Source: Deltaproteobacteria bacterium
GTDB lineage: Bacteria > JAGRBM01 > JAHCIT01
DNA length: 60,244 nt
Assembly: GCA_026129095.1 (NCBI GenBank)
Contig: JAHCIT010000001.1
Span: forward strand, 62,001 to 122,244
Direction: 5' to 3'
The notes under the pieces were generated by a model, which saw only the letters and a program-made list of their open reading frames with translations, was not told the DNA's origin and did not search any database. The position numbers and the translations under genes were made by a program. Below are positions 37,468 to 59,013 of the stretch, piece by piece (position 1 is the stretch's first letter; every line of letters starts with the position of its first letter).

Positions 37468-38154
37468 TCAGACCGCGGGCTGCGGGACCGGTGCACTCTG
37501 CGTGCGGGCCCCCGGGCTCGGCCGGTCGCCGATGATATCGCCCTTGTAAATCCAGACCTTCACGCCGATGCACCCGTAGGTGGTCTCGGCGCGTGCGTAG
37601 CCGTAATCAATGTCGGCACGGAGCGTGTGCAACGGCACCCGGCCTTCCAGATACCACTCGTGACGGGCCATTTCGGCGCCGCCCAGACGGCCGCTGCATG
37701 CCACGCGGAACCCCTTGGCGCCGAGCCGCATGGTGGTCTGGACTGCTTTCTTCATCGCCCGGCGGAACGCCACGCGGCGCTGGAGCTGGAGAGCGATGTT
37801 CTCGGCCACAAGCTGCGCGTCGATTTCGGCGCGCCGCACCTCGATCGGGTGGATGTACAGCTCGCTCTTGGTCAGCTTCTGGAGCTCTGCCTTGAGCTGA
37901 TCGAGCGACTGGCCGCGTTTGCCGATAATGAGTCCGGGCCGCGCCACATGGATATAGACCTTGGTTTCCTTCGGGTACCGCTCGATCTCGACCTTGCTGA
38001 TGCCGGCATCGTACAGCCGCTTCTTGATCAGGTCGCGTATCTTGAGGTCCTCGTGGAGCTGCGTCGAGTATTTCTTGCCCTCGGCGAACCAGCGGCTTTC
38101 CCAGCCCCGGATAACGCCGACCCTGAACCCGACTGGATTGATTTTCTGACCCAT
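37468..38154 (-). CDS. rpsC: 30S ribosomal protein S3
   Basis: [33 protein letters not shown]; start ATG 38154. Confidence 0.97.
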   Translation of the reverse strand: MGQKINPVGFRVGVIRGWESRWFAEGKKYSTQLHEDLKIRDLIKKRLYDAGISKVEIERYPKETKVYIHVARPGLIIGKRGQSLDQLKAELQKLTKSELYIHPIEVRRAEIDAQLVAENIALQLQRRVAFRRAMKKAVQTTMRLGAKGFRVACSGRLGGAEMARHEWYLEGRVPLHTLRADIDYGYARAETTYGCIGVKVWIYKGDIIGDRPSPGARTQSAPVPQPAV

Positions 38155-38185
38155 AAAACCGGCTCTCTTTCCTGCAAACTTCCGT

Positions 38186-38521
38186 TCAGGCGTTGTCGTC
38201 CACGACGACGGTGATGTGGCTGGTGCGCTTCTTGATCGGCGATGCACGTCCCTGGGCTCGCGGCGTAAACCGCTTGAGGCGAGGACCCTCATCGACCAGC
38301 AGCGTGCGGACCCGCAGGCTGTCCACGTCAGCACCATGACGGTCGGCCGCATTGGCCGCCGCCGACTGGATCACCTTCGAGATCATCGCCGCACCCTTGC
38401 GGTGAGTGAGCCGCAGGCGAACCAGCGCCTCGTTAACCGGCTGGCCGCGGACCAGCCCGGCGATTTCGCGAAGTTTCCTCGGTGAAATCCGGCCGTATCT
38501 GAGCATCGCACGCGCTTCCAT
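38186..38521 (-). CDS. rplV: 50S ribosomal protein L22
   Basis: ISPRKLR, SAAANA, PRAQGRA, KRTSHIT; start ATG 38521. Confidence 0.96.
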   Translation of the reverse strand: MEARAMLRYGRISPRKLREIAGLVRGQPVNEALVRLRLTHRKGAAMISKVIQSAAANAADRHGADVDSLRVRTLLVDEGPRLKRFTPRAQGRASPIKKRTSHITVVVDDNA

Positions 38522-38549
38522 GACTTCCTTACCTCTCTGCCCGCCGGGC

Positions 38550-38819
38550 CTAGACCTTCTTGTCGCCTGAATGGCCGTTGAAGGTCCGGGTCGGCGCGAA
38601 TTCACCCAGCTTGTGGCCCACCATGTTGTCGGTCACATAAACCGGAACGAACTTGCGGCCGTTGTGGACCAGGAACTGGACCCCGATGAAATCCGGCGTA
38701 ATGACCGAACGGCGGGACCAGGTCTTGATTGCCTTCGAATCCCGGGCCCGCTGCGCGGCATCCACCTTCTTCTGGAGGTGGACGTCGATGAAAGGGCCCT
38801 TCTTGATGCTGCGCGACAT
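38550..38819 (-). CDS. rpsS: 30S ribosomal protein S19
   Basis: [28 protein letters not shown]. Confidence 0.97.
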   Translation of the reverse strand: MSRSIKKGPFIDVHLQKKVDAAQRARDSKAIKTWSRRSVITPDFIGVQFLVHNGRKFVPVYVTDNMVGHKLGEFAPTRTFNGHSGDKKV

Positions 38820-38822
38820 GGA

Positions 38823-39665
38823 TTAGCCTCTCTTGCCCGGCTGGCGGCGGGTGATGATGAACCGCTGCGTGCGCTTGTTGTTGCGGGTCTTGTAGCCTTT
38901 GGACGGCATTCCCCAGGGGGAAACCGGATGCGGATTGCCCTGCCCGGCCTTGCCTTCGCCACCACCGTGCGGGTGATCGCACGGGTTCATGGCGGCACCA
39001 CGAACCGTGGGGCGAAGCCCCAGCCACCGCGAGCGGCCGGCCTTGCCTATGGTCACGTTTTCGTGTTCGGCGTTGCTCACTTGGCCGACCACGGCCCGGC
39101 AGTCCTGGTGCACCTTGCGGATTTCACTCGAAGGCAGGCGGATCGTGGCATAGTCGCCGTCGCGACCCAGAAGCTGCGCCCCGGAGCCGGCACTGCGGAC
39201 GATCTGCCCGCCCTTGCCCTGCTTCAGCTCGATATTGTGGATCACGGTGCCGTCCGGGATGTTGCGGAGCGGCAGGCAGTTGCCCGGCAGGATGTCGGCC
39301 TTGGGGCCGCTTTCCACCGTGGCACCGGCCTTGAGGCCCACCGGAGCGACAATGTAGCGCTTCTCGCCGTCACGGTACTGGAGGAGCGCGATGCGGCTCG
39401 TGCGGTAGGGATCGTACTGGACCGACAGCACGGTCGCCGGCACGCCGTCCTTCTCGCGCCGGAAGTCTATCAGGCGGTAACGGCGCTTGTGGCCGCCGCC
39501 GATATGACGGGTCGTGATCCGGCCGCGGTTGTTCCGGCCGCCGGTACGCTTGGCCGCCTTGAGAAGCGACTTCTCGGGGCGCGCTCCGCGCGTGATCTCG
39601 TCGAAACCGGAAACGGTCATGTGCCGCCGTGCGGCGCTCGTCGGTTTGAAACTCTTGGTCGGCAT
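38823..39665 (-). CDS. rplB: 50S ribosomal protein L2
   Basis: [28 protein letters not shown]. Confidence 0.97.
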   Translation of the reverse strand: MPTKSFKPTSAARRHMTVSGFDEITRGARPEKSLLKAAKRTGGRNNRGRITTRHIGGGHKRRYRLIDFRREKDGVPATVLSVQYDPYRTSRIALLQYRDGEKRYIVAPVGLKAGATVESGPKADILPGNCLPLRNIPDGTVIHNIELKQGKGGQIVRSAGSGAQLLGRDGDYATIRLPSSEIRKVHQDCRAVVGQVSNAEHENVTIGKAGRSRWLGLRPTVRGAAMNPCDHPHGGGEGKAGQGNPHPVSPWGMPSKGYKTRNNKRTQRFIITRRQPGKRG

Positions 39666-39706
39666 GGCTTCCTCTGTTGTCCCTGGCGTCCGCTACCCGC
39701 GGCTGC

Positions 39707-40003
39707 TCACTTGGGCCCCAGTATCTCGTCGATCGTCTCGCCAGCGGCCAGCGTGACAATCGCCTTCTTGCGGAACGGCATCTGCACACGGACGCCGCCC
39801 CGGCGGTTCTTGAATTTTCCCCGCACCACCATCGTCCGGACGGAAACAGGCTTCTTGTCGTACAGTGCCTTCACGGCCTGCGCGATCTGCGCCTTGTTCG
39901 CCGCCAGCGGAACCTCGAACACATACTGGTTCCGCTCGCGGAGATCGGTAGCCCGCTCGGTAACCACCGGGCGGATCAGGATATCGTTCGGATCGGTCTG
40001 CAC
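39707..40003 (-). CDS. rplW: 50S ribosomal protein L23
   Basis: PVVTER, ANKAQI, KKAIVTL; GTG start. Confidence 0.94.
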   Translation of the reverse strand: MQTDPNDILIRPVVTERATDLRERNQYVFEVPLAANKAQIAQAVKALYDKKPVSVRTMVVRGKFKNRRGGVRVQMPFRKKAIVTLAAGETIDEILGPK

Positions 40004-40042
40004 GTTCGAAACTCCCTTGCCTTACAGCGCAGCTCCGGCCTT

Positions 40043-40681
40043 TCAGGCCGCTGCCCGCTTCTCCACGCCTTCCAGCGCATCCTGCACAATGACCAGATGC
40101 TCGTACTTGAGCACGTCATAGGGGTTCAGGCCCGCCACCGGCAGCACCTTAACGCCCGGAATGTTCCGTGCCGCCAGCGTGAGCTTCCCGTCGAGCTCCG
40201 CCGTCACGAACAGCACCGTGCCAGCAAGCCCCAGTTCCCCGATCACCGCCTGCACATGCCGGGTCTTCACTTCCGGCAGGGGCACCGACTCGACGACAAC
40301 GAGCTTTCCATCCTGCTGCTTGCTGGCGAGCACGCCCGCCAGAGCCAGCTTGGCCTCCTGGCGGTTGACCCGCTTCTCATAGCTGCGGGGCAGCGGACCG
40401 AAGGCCGCGCCGCCGCCCACCCATACGGGCGAGCGGGTCGAACCGGGACGGGCACGGCCCGTGCCCTTCTGCTTGTAGGGCTTGCGGCCACCGCCACGCA
40501 CCTCTCCCCGCCGCTTGGTCTTGTGGGTTCCGCGACGCCTTGAGGCGAGCTGTGCCGTCACCACCTGGTGAATCACGCCCTTGCGGGGTTTTGCCGCGGC
40601 GATCTTCTCGCCGAGGCCCGCGCCCTTGACGGCCTTCACGCCGGCAGCCGGCTTCGCCTTCTTTGCTTTCTTTTCTGCCAC
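40043..40681 (-). CDS. rplD: 50S ribosomal protein L4 with atypical Lys/Ala-rich N-terminus
   Basis: [45 protein letters not shown] start with GGAG RBS. Confidence 0.95.
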   Translation of the reverse strand: MAEKKAKKAKPAAGVKAVKGAGLGEKIAAAKPRKGVIHQVVTAQLASRRRGTHKTKRRGEVRGGGRKPYKQKGTGRARPGSTRSPVWVGGGAAFGPLPRSYEKRVNRQEAKLALAGVLASKQQDGKLVVVESVPLPEVKTRHVQAVIGELGLAGTVLFVTAELDGKLTLAARNIPGVKVLPVAGLNPYDVLKYEHLVIVQDALEGVEKRAAA

Positions 40682-40725
40682 GACAGTTTACTCCAGCCGC
40701 CGGACCCCATGAGTCCGGAAAGCGG

Positions 40726-41037
40726 TCAGTTGAGCTTGATCTCCACGTCCACACCGGCGGCGAGGTCGAGCTTCATCAGCGCGTCCACCGTCTGCGGGGT
40801 CGGCTCCAGGATGTCCAGAAGCCGCTTGTGCGTCCGGACCTCGAACTGGTCGCGGGATTTCTTGTCACCATGCGGCGAGCGAAGGACGGTGTACTTGTTG
40901 ATGCGCGTGGGAAGCGGAATAGGCCCCGACACGCGGGCCCCCGTGCGGCGGGCCGTGTCGAGGATTTCCCGTGCCGACTGGTCGAGCAGTTTGTAGTCAA
41001 ACGCTTTCAGCCGTATCCGGATCTTCTGCGAATTCAT
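40726..41037 (-). CDS. rpsJ: 30S ribosomal protein S10
   Basis: [22 protein letters not shown]. Confidence 0.97.
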   Translation of the reverse strand: MNSQKIRIRLKAFDYKLLDQSAREILDTARRTGARVSGPIPLPTRINKYTVLRSPHGDKKSRDQFEVRTHKRLLDILEPTPQTVDALMKLDLAAGVDVEIKLN

Positions 41038-41098
41038 TTTCTCTGTCCTTCACTACCTGCTGCGGACTGCCCGCACGTCAGCTCTTCTCTTTCACCAC

Positions 41099-42290
<1,192 letters not shown>

Positions 42291-42329
42291 GGTCGTTCCC
42301 TTCTTTTCCTTATCTGGCAAAAGCCCCGG

Positions 42330-44429
42330 CTAGCGGGCCGCGGCCTGGGCGCCCTGCGCCTTGGCCACAATTTCCTTCTGTATGTTCGGCGGCACCGGCG
42401 CGTAGTGCGAGAACTGCATCGTGTAGCTGCCGCGTCCCTGGGTCGCCGATCGGAGATCCGTCGAGTAGCCGAACATCTCGCTCAGGGGCACGTCCGCCGT
42501 CACCACCTGCATGCCGCTGCGTGGCGTCGTCTGCTTGATCATCCCGCGGCGGCTGTTCAGGTCGCCGATCACGCCACCCATGTAGTCTTCTGGCACAATC
42601 ACCTCGACGGCCATAATGGGTTCCAGGATTTGGGGACCGGCACTGGTGCCGGCTTCCTTGAACGCCATCGAGCCGGCGATGCGGAACGAGAGCTCGTCCG
42701 AATCGACGTCATGGTAGGAACCATCGAACAGCGTCACCTTGACGTCCACCACCGGATATCCGGCGATGATGCCGCGCGTGAGCGCCTCGGCAATGCCCTT
42801 GTCCACGGCCGGGATGTACTCGCGGGGAACGACACCACCCTTGATGTTGTCAATGAATTCGTAGCCCTTGCCCGGATCGTTGGGTTCCAGATTGATCCAC
42901 ACATGGCCATACTTGCCCCGGCCACCCGTCTGGCGGACGAACTTGCCTTCGGCCTCGGCGGCCTTGGTGATCGATTCGCGGTAGGCCACCTGGGGCTTGC
43001 CCACATTCGACTCGACCTTGAACTCGCGCCGGAGCCGGTCGACGATGATTTCGAGGTGCAGCTCGCCCATGCCGCCAATCAGGGTCTGGGCGGTTTCCTC
43101 ATCCGTGCGGATACGGAACGAGGGATCCTCGGTGGCGAGCTTCTGGAGACCCACGCCCAGCTTCTCCTGGTCGGCCTTGGTCTTGGGCTCGATGGCGATC
43201 CAGATCACGGGCTCCGGGAAATCCATCGCCTCCAGGAGGACCGGCTTGTTCGCGTCGCAGATCGTGTGGCCGGTGATCGTGTCGCGCAGGCCCACGGCGG
43301 CCGCGATGTCACCGGCGTACACTTCCTTGATCTCCTCGCGCTTGTTGGCGTGCATCTTGAGGAGACGTCCGATACGCTGGGTCTGTCCGGTCTTGGAGTT
43401 CAGGATGGTGTCGCCGGAGTTCAGCTTCCCCGAATACACGCGGAAGAACGTGAGCTGGCCGACGTAGGGATCGTTGATGATCTTGAAGGCGAGCGCGGCG
43501 AATGGCTCGTTGTCGTCGGGTTTGCGCTCCAGCACGTTCTCCGGCTTCCCCGGCTCGGTGCCCTTGATCGGGGGAATGTCGAGCGGCGACGGCAGGTAGT
43601 CCACCACCGCATCCAGCATCGGCTGCACGCCCTTGTTCTTGAAGGCCGTCCCGCAGATCACGAGGAAGAGCTTCATCCCGATGCAAACACGCCGCAGGGC
43701 GGCCTTGAGCTCCGGAACCGTGACTTCCTTGCCCTCCAGGTACTTGTCCGCAATGACGTCATCGACGTCCGCGACGGCCTCGATCAGCTTGTCGCGCCAT
43801 TCCTGGGCCTGGTCCTTGAGATTGTCCGGGATCGGGCCGACGATGTATTCGGCGCCCATCGTCTCGTCCTTGTAGGTAATGCTTCGCATCTCGACGAGAT
43901 CGACGACGCCAATGAACTTGTCCTCGGCCCCGATCGGGATCTGGATCGCCGCTGGACGGGCGCCCAGCTTGGTCTTGATCTCGTCGACAACGTTGAAGAA
44001 GTCGGCTCCCACGCGGTCCATCTTGTTGACGAAGGCAATTCGGGGGACCCGGTATTTGTCGGCCTGCCGCCAGACGGTTTCCGACTGCGGCTGCACACCG
44101 GCAACAGCGCAAAACACGGCGCAGGCGCCGTCCAGCACTTTCAGCGACCGCTCGACCTCGATGGTAAAGTCCACGTGTCCGGGCGTGTCGATGATGTTGA
44201 GGCGGTGGTCCTTCCAGAAAGCGGTCGTCGCGGCCGAGGTGATCGTGATGCCGCGTTCCTGCTCCTGCTCCATGTAGTCCATAGTGGCCGTGCCTTCATG
44301 GACTTCGCCGATCTTGTAGTTGACGCCCGTGTAGAACAGCACACGCTCGGTCGCAGTAGTCTTGCCGGCATCAATGTGCGCCATGATGCCGAAGTTCCGG
44401 TAGCGTTCGAGCGGTGCGGTGCGTGCCAA
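42330..44429 (-). CDS. fusA: Elongation factor G
   Basis: [40 protein letters not shown] start. Confidence 0.98.
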   Translation of the reverse strand: MARTAPLERYRNFGIMAHIDAGKTTATERVLFYTGVNYKIGEVHEGTATMDYMEQEQERGITITSAATTAFWKDHRLNIIDTPGHVDFTIEVERSLKVLDGACAVFCAVAGVQPQSETVWRQADKYRVPRIAFVNKMDRVGADFFNVVDEIKTKLGARPAAIQIPIGAEDKFIGVVDLVEMRSITYKDETMGAEYIVGPIPDNLKDQAQEWRDKLIEAVADVDDVIADKYLEGKEVTVPELKAALRRVCIGMKLFLVICGTAFKNKGVQPMLDAVVDYLPSPLDIPPIKGTEPGKPENVLERKPDDNEPFAALAFKIINDPYVGQLTFFRVYSGKLNSGDTILNSKTGQTQRIGRLLKMHANKREEIKEVYAGDIAAAVGLRDTITGHTICDANKPVLLEAMDFPEPVIWIAIEPKTKADQEKLGVGLQKLATEDPSFRIRTDEETAQTLIGGMGELHLEIIVDRLRREFKVESNVGKPQVAYRESITKAAEAEGKFVRQTGGRGKYGHVWINLEPNDPGKGYEFIDNIKGGVVPREYIPAVDKGIAEALTRGIIAGYPVVDVKVTLFDGSYHDVDSDELSFRIAGSMAFKEAGTSAGPQILEPIMAVEVIVPEDYMGGVIGDLNSRRGMIKQTTPRSGMQVVTADVPLSEMFGYSTDLRSATQGRGSYTMQFSHYAPVPPNIQKEIVAKAQGAQAAAR

Positions 44430-44481
44430 GTGCTGACTCCTGATCGTTGGGAAGGAAGCGGGTATGCCCTAAATGGGCCGA

Positions 44482-44952
44482 CTACCAGCGGTAATGGGAG
44501 AACGCCTTGTTGGCATCCGCCATCTTGTGTGTATCTTCGCGCTTCTTGACGGCGTTTCCGCGGTTGGCGGCCGCGTCCATGATCTCGGCGGCGAGTTTCT
44601 CGCGCATGGACCTGCCCGAACGGCTGCTCGCGTAATCGATGATCCAGCGCATCCCCAGCGATGTGCGGCGCTCGGGACGAACCTCCACCGGTACCTGGTA
44701 GGTTGAACCGCCAACACGGCGGCTCTTCACTTCCACGGCGGGGCGCACGTTATCGAGCGCCTTGCGGAACAGTTCCAGGGGATCCTGGCCGCTCTTCTGG
44801 CTGATCTGCTCGAAGCAGCCGTATACGATGGATTCGGCCACGGACTTCTTGCCGTCCACCATGATCGTGTTCACGAAGCGCGTGACGATCTGACTGTGAT
44901 AAACCGGGTCCGCCAGGACCTCGCGCCGGGCGGCGCGTGCTTTCCTTGCCAT
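44482..44952 (-). CDS. rpsG: 30S ribosomal protein S7
   Basis: [25 protein letters not shown]. Confidence 0.97.
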   Translation of the reverse strand: MARKARAARREVLADPVYHSQIVTRFVNTIMVDGKKSVAESIVYGCFEQISQKSGQDPLELFRKALDNVRPAVEVKSRRVGGSTYQVPVEVRPERRTSLGMRWIIDYASSRSGRSMREKLAAEIMDAAANRGNAVKKREDTHKMADANKAFSHYRW

Positions 44953-45086
44953 GGTTACCTCGACTCAAGCGGCGGTCCGGCCGGCCACGTCCGGCTCAGT
45001 TCCGCCTCGCCTTTGTTTTCAGGGCCTGAAGTCCCGCTCTCCATGAGCCGGACCCGTGCCGTGAATGTCCTTTCCTCTAAGGGGCC

Positions 45087-45458
<372 letters not shown>

Positions 45459-45633
45459 CGCTCGTTATCCGTTCTCTGACATTCCGTTTATGGAGGTGTC
45501 CTTCCGGACACACATCCGGGGCCAGCCACCGGTTTTCCACCGGTCGGGCTACCCTCTCAACTCCCTGTAATTACAGGGATTTTCTGCCTGATAATCCCAC
45601 CACCAAGGCGGATTCCCCACCAAGGGAGCCCCG

Positions 45634-45662
45634 CTTATAGCCGGAAGCCCCTACCCCGTCAA
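45634..45662 (-). promoter_or_regulatory. sigma70 promoter of the str (rpsL) operon
   Basis: Minus strand TTGACG-17 bp-TATAAG, downstream of the rpoC terminator. Confidence 0.7.
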
Positions 45663-45714
45663 GAACCTTTCTGGAACTATGACGCGGAGCGGCCGGAATG
45701 CCCGCCGGAGTATG

Positions 45715-45751
45715 AAAAAACCGGCCCGCCGGGTCGTTCCGGCAGGCCGGT
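45715..45751 (-). terminator. Intrinsic terminator after rpoC
   Basis: Minus strand ACCGGCCTGCCGG-AACGAC-CCGGCGGGCCGG-TTTTTT. Confidence 0.8.
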
Positions 45752-45774
45752 CAGGCAGTCCAGATCACACAAAA

Positions 45775-49932
<4,158 letters not shown>

Positions 49933-50003
49933 CGGGTCTCTCCTGGGTTCGGGCAGTTACCGGATATCCGTATCCGCGGGTGCCGTGCCGTTCGTCTCTA
50001 AAA

Positions 50004-54953
<4,950 letters not shown>

Positions 54954-55162
54954 CCGTGATGCTCCTGATCCGGTCCCGCCGCTCTTCTGCACGAGGGCGT
55001 CCGGTCACTTCTGGTTGTCGTTCGCGCTTCCCGCGGAGTTTCCAGGGGTTCGCTCCCGCATTGGGGCCGGGAGCCGGGTGAGTGCGAGACTTGCGGTCCG
55101 GTTTTCAGGCGGGGCCGCAAGCCCCATGCACCCGTTTCATCTGCTGAAGGACGTCCGTGAAA

Positions 55163-55546
55163 CTACTTCAGTTCCACCTGAGCGCCTTCGGCCTCGAGCT
55201 TCTTCTTCATAGTTTCAGCCTCGTCCTTCTTCACGCCTTCTTTAACGGTCTTGGGCGCGCCATCGACGAGATCCTTGGCTTCCTTGAGACCGAGTTGCGT
55301 CAGTTCGCGGACGACCTTGATCACGTTGATCTTCTTGTCGCCTGCGGCCTTCAGGATCACGTCAAACGTGTCCTTCACCTCGGCTGCCGCGGCGCCTGCC
55401 GCCGGGGCACCCGCCGCAGCCACGGCCACCGGAGCCGCCGCCGAGACGCCGAACGCCTCCTCAATCTTCTTCACCAGGTCGGCCACTTCCATGAGCGGCT
55501 TGACCTTAAGAGCTTCCACGATCTGTTCATTACTGAGAGCTGACAT
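55163..55546 (-). CDS. rplL: 50S ribosomal protein L7/L12
   Basis: [30 protein letters not shown]. Confidence 0.97.
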   Translation of the reverse strand: MSALSNEQIVEALKVKPLMEVADLVKKIEEAFGVSAAAPVAVAAAGAPAAGAAAAEVKDTFDVILKAAGDKKINVIKVVRELTQLGLKEAKDLVDGAPKTVKEGVKKDEAETMKKKLEAEGAQVELK

Positions 55547-55665
55547 GAGTTGTACTACCTTTTTTTATCTGTCTGGGCGCCGGATACCCGCGGGTTTCAC
55601 GGCGCGAACCTTTGTTCATCCATGCTTCGTTCGATATGCGCTTTCCCGGAAGCCGCCCCGGCGAA

Positions 55666-56196
55666 TCAACCGCCGGCGGCCGCCTTCTGGACGCGTACCT
55701 GTTCCATCGCCCGTACGAGCTGCCCGGCCACATCCTTCAGTGCGCAGGCGAGGTTGGTCGCCGGTGCATTGAGGGAGCCCAGCATCTTCGCGATGAGTTC
55801 TTCCTTGGGCGGCATCTTCGAGAGCGTTTCCACTTCAGCGATGCTGAGCAGACGCCCTTCGAACACACCGGCCACTATCTTCATCTTCACGCCTTCGGCC
55901 TTGGCGGCCTTTACGACGGCTTTCAGATGCGCCACCGGGTCGGTGCTCGAATACGAGATGCCCGTCGGTCCGGTAAGGCTGTCCGACAACGCTTCCATCG
56001 GCGTGCCCTTGATGGCCCGCCGCGCAAGCGTGTTCTTGACCACGCGGAATTTACCCGCGTTCTGCCGGATTTCCCGGCGGAGCACGGTTACTTCCGACAC
56101 CGGCATACCCAGATTCTGGGTCACCACGGCCGACTGCACGTCTTTGAACTCCTGCACGAGTTCCTGGATCAGAGAGTCTTTGTCTGTCTTGTTCAT
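55666..56196 (-). CDS. rplJ: 50S ribosomal protein L10
   Basis: VVKNTLARRA, LTGPT; position upstream of rplL. Confidence 0.95.
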   Translation of the reverse strand: MNKTDKDSLIQELVQEFKDVQSAVVTQNLGMPVSEVTVLRREIRQNAGKFRVVKNTLARRAIKGTPMEALSDSLTGPTGISYSSTDPVAHLKAVVKAAKAEGVKMKIVAGVFEGRLLSIAEVETLSKMPPKEELIAKMLGSLNAPATNLACALKDVAGQLVRAMEQVRVQKAAAGG

Positions 56197-56299
56197 ATTC
56201 TTGCTGGCTTTCTCCTTTCTCCTCGCGGGACGAGGGGCATTTGGCGTCGTTTCCCGCCCGGTCCCGCGATCTCAGAACGCTGGAAGCCAGATCAAACGT

Positions 56300-56401
56300 C
56301 CATAAACACAGACGCCGCTGTGTCTTCGCATTTCTCGGCAGGCGAGGGGTTCTCTTCCCCCTCATTAGAGCGTGAGTCTCACGCCGCCTGCTGTCTTCGA
56401 C
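56300..56401 (-). promoter_or_regulatory. Ribosomal protein L10 leader (autoregulatory RNA)
   Basis: Minus strand GTCGAAGACAGCAGGC...TAAT...GCCTGCCGAG matches the core I recall for the L10 leader; lies in the 5' UTR of rplJ. Confidence 0.75.
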
Positions 56402-56568
56402 ACGCGAACACAAGCGGAAAATTACACATTCGCTCCGGCCTCAGCCGCTCAGGACTGCCGCCGGCGCTTTATGCTCTAGATTGTGCTGCCCTGTTCTCCT
56501 GTCATCAGTCCTAACGGGTTCATGGGGCCGCCCGGCCGGCAGGCCGGGCAAAAACTTGCCGCTTCAGG

Positions 56569-57273
56569 TCAGGCCGCTTCCGCAACGCCGCGGGCGAAGG
56601 CCGGATTCAGCCGGATCCCTGGCCCCATCGTCGTCGTGAGACTGACCGTTTTTACGTATATTCCCTTGGCGCTTGCCGGCTTCACCTTGTTCAGGAGATC
56701 GATGAGCGCCATGACGTTGTCATGAAGCTGCTCGACCGACATCGAGACCCGGCCCACCGAAAAGTGCACGATACCGGCCTTGTCGACCTTGTATTCGCGC
56801 TTGCCCGAACGCAGTTCGCTAACAGCACCCGCCACGTCCATCGTGACCGTGCCGAGCTTGGGATTCGGCATCAGACCCCGGGGACCGAGGATCTTTCCGA
56901 TCCGGCCTACCTTGCCCATCATGTCTGGCGTAGCGACGGCGGCGTCGAACTCGAGCCAGCCTTCCGATATCTTCTTCACCAGTTCATCGTCGCCCGCGTC
57001 AACGGCGCCGGCCTTGGTGGCCTCAGCCGCTTTGTCGGGCTTTGCGAACACGACAACACGGACTTCCTTGCCGCCGCCATGGGGCAGCTTGATCATTCCG
57101 CGGATGTTCTGGTCAGCCTGCTTGGGGTCGACTCCCAGCCGGACGGCGATATCCACCGAAGCGTCGAACTTGCTGGGCGAGGTCGACTTGGCGAGCGCGA
57201 CCGCCTCTTCCAGCGAGTACTGCTTCTCGCTATCGACCTTCTTCTGGAATTCCCGGTATTTCTTTCCGGCCAT
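56569..57273 (-). CDS. rplA: 50S ribosomal protein L1
   Basis: LGVDPKQADQNIRG, LGPRGLMPNPKLGTVT, TTMGPG; start ATG 57273. Confidence 0.97.
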   Translation of the reverse strand: MAGKKYREFQKKVDSEKQYSLEEAVALAKSTSPSKFDASVDIAVRLGVDPKQADQNIRGMIKLPHGGGKEVRVVVFAKPDKAAEATKAGAVDAGDDELVKKISEGWLEFDAAVATPDMMGKVGRIGKILGPRGLMPNPKLGTVTMDVAGAVSELRSGKREYKVDKAGIVHFSVGRVSMSVEQLHDNVMALIDLLNKVKPASAKGIYVKTVSLTTTMGPGIRLNPAFARGVAEAA

Positions 57274-57377
57274 GAGTATCAGCTCTCCTTTGGCTTGGCG
57301 GTCCCAGCGCGGCGGCCTTCTGGCCGTTCCGCTCCCGCGGTTTTCCTGTTCCTGGCCCCGGTAACCGGAGACAGCAA

Positions 57378-57809
57378 TCAACCCTCGACCGTGAGCCCCA
57401 TGCTCCTGGCAGTACCCTCGATCGTGCGGGTCGCGGCCTCAATATCGGTCGTGTTGAGATCGGGCATCTTGCGCTCGGCAATCTCGCGGAGCTGCTTGCG
57501 CGTCACCGAGCCGACCTTGACCTTGTTGGGGGTAGCCGACCCTTTCGGGATCTTGGCCACCTTCATCAGCAGCGAGGCCGCCGGCGGGGTCTTCAGGATG
57601 AAAGTGAATGAGCGGTCCTGATAGATGGTGATGACAACCGGGATAATGATGTCTTCCTTCATCATCGCCTGGGTTGCCGCGTTGAACTGCTTGCAGAACT
57701 CCTGGATATTCACGCCGTGCTGGCCGAGTGCCGGCCCCACCGGCGGAGCCGGATTCGCCTTGCCGGCCGGAATCTGCAATTTGACCTGACCGGTGACCTT
57801 CTTCGCCAT
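57378..57809 (-). CDS. rplK: 50S ribosomal protein L11
   Basis: [29 protein letters not shown]. Confidence 0.97.
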   Translation of the reverse strand: MAKKVTGQVKLQIPAGKANPAPPVGPALGQHGVNIQEFCKQFNAATQAMMKEDIIIPVVITIYQDRSFTFILKTPPAASLLMKVAKIPKGSATPNKVKVGSVTRKQLREIAERKMPDLNTTDIEAATRTIEGTARSMGLTVEG

Positions 57810-57882
57810 CGCCCAAAACCTCTAGTAATAACAGTAAGTTAACTATCCTGAGCCTGCGGGACCACCCCGCATAAGGAGCGCA

Positions 57883-57911
57883 TCTCTATAAGGATGCTTG
57901 CGGGAAGTCAA
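57883..57911 (-). promoter_or_regulatory. Candidate sigma70 promoter upstream of rplK
   Basis: Minus strand TTGACT followed by TATAGAGA at 15-17 bp; the -10 element is imperfect. Confidence 0.4.
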
Positions 57912-57945
57912 GACCGGGGCATGCACTACCCCGCGGCCCGTCCCG

Positions 57946-58539
57946 TCAGGCCCGTTCCACCTGCATCAGATCGAGTTCGACCGGCGTTGCCCGGCCAAAA
58001 ATCGATACCAGAACCTTGACCTTGCCGCGATCGGGACGGAACTCGTCGACGATACCGGTAAAGTTGGCGAAGGGGCCCTCGACCACGCGGATATTCTCGC
58101 CCTTTTCAAAGGACTTGAGCACCGTGGGCTTTTCGGCCGCCTCGGTCATCTGCGCCGTGAGCCGCTGGACCTCTTCCTCGGTCACAGCCGGAATGTCGAG
58201 CGGATTCTGCGGCGCGCCACCCACCCGGGCGGCTCCCACGAAACCGGTGATCTTGGGCGTGTCCATGACCAGATGCCAGGTCTGCTGGCTCATTTCCATC
58301 TGGACCAGAATATACCCCGGCAGGAACTTGCGGTGGGAGGTCTTCTTCTTGCCCGTGCCCTTGACGGTCTCGACCACCTTTTCCTGCGGGACCAGCACGT
58401 CTCCGAACTTGTCCTCTACATGGTATGCCTTGATACGCTCCAGAAGGGCTTTCTGGGCCTTCATTTCAAAGCCCGTGCTGGTATGTACGACGTACCACCG
58501 GAGATTGGGGTTCTTCGGCCGGGAGGTTTCTTCACTCAT
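57946..58539 (-). CDS. nusG: Transcription termination/antitermination factor NusG
   Basis: WYVVHT, PGYILV, GPFANFTG, IFGRATPVEL. Confidence 0.97.
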   Translation of the reverse strand: MSEETSRPKNPNLRWYVVHTSTGFEMKAQKALLERIKAYHVEDKFGDVLVPQEKVVETVKGTGKKKTSHRKFLPGYILVQMEMSQQTWHLVMDTPKITGFVGAARVGGAPQNPLDIPAVTEEEVQRLTAQMTEAAEKPTVLKSFEKGENIRVVEGPFANFTGIVDEFRPDRGKVKVLVSIFGRATPVELDLMQVERA

Positions 58540-58588
58540 GATTGCACCTTGACTGGGGCCTGCCTTGCAGGCTTCCGGCCCCCTTCCC

Positions 58589-58813
58589 CTACCGGATCAG
58601 CCAGCCGAGGAGCCGGGAAAAAATGAAATCCGCAGTGCCCAGCAGCGTCGTGCAGATGGCGATAAAGACGACCACGACCCAGGTTGCCTGCTTCACGGTT
58701 TCCGCGGCAGGCCACTCAATGAGCTTTCGCTCCTCCCACGTATCCTCGAGGAATTCCACCAGCTCGGGGACCGTGCCCCGGCCTTCCTTCTGCTGTTCAG
58801 CACCTGCTGCCAT
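58589..58813 (-). CDS. secE: Preprotein translocase SecE (single TM)
   Basis: Position between tRNA-Trp and nusG; E.K.IEWP...ETVKQATWVVVVF pattern. Confidence 0.88.
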   Translation of the reverse strand: MAAGAEQQKEGRGTVPELVEFLEDTWEERKLIEWPAAETVKQATWVVVVFIAICTTLLGTADFIFSRLLGWLIR

Positions 58814-58878
58814 GACTGTTCACCGTTCCTCGCCGCCCTGGCCAGCGGCCTCTTTGCCGCTCCGGGGACCTTAAATGC

Positions 58879-58954
58879 TGGCGGGCCAACCAGGACTCGA
58901 ACCTGGAACCTTCGGATTTGGAATCCGCCGCTCTACCATTGGAGCTACTGGCCC
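58879..58954 (-). tRNA. trnW: tRNA-Trp (CCA), CCA end encoded
   Basis: 76-nt cloverleaf GGGCCAG-TA-GCTC CAATGGTA GAGC-G-GCGGA TTCCAAA TCCGA-AGGTT-CCAGG TTCGAGT CCTGG-TTGGCCC-G-CCA; canonical rpmG-trnW-secE context. Confidence 0.95.
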
Positions 58955-59013
58955 ACATGAAAGTTCCGGGCGATCCTGTCCCGCTTAGACGCCCCGTCCG
59001 GCGGGCGCACGCA

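Noticed and set aside
56530-56555. GC hairpin after rplA as an intrinsic terminator
   Set aside because: On the transcribed minus strand the T tract precedes rather than follows the stem, so it does not fit a terminator; it may be a stability hairpin.
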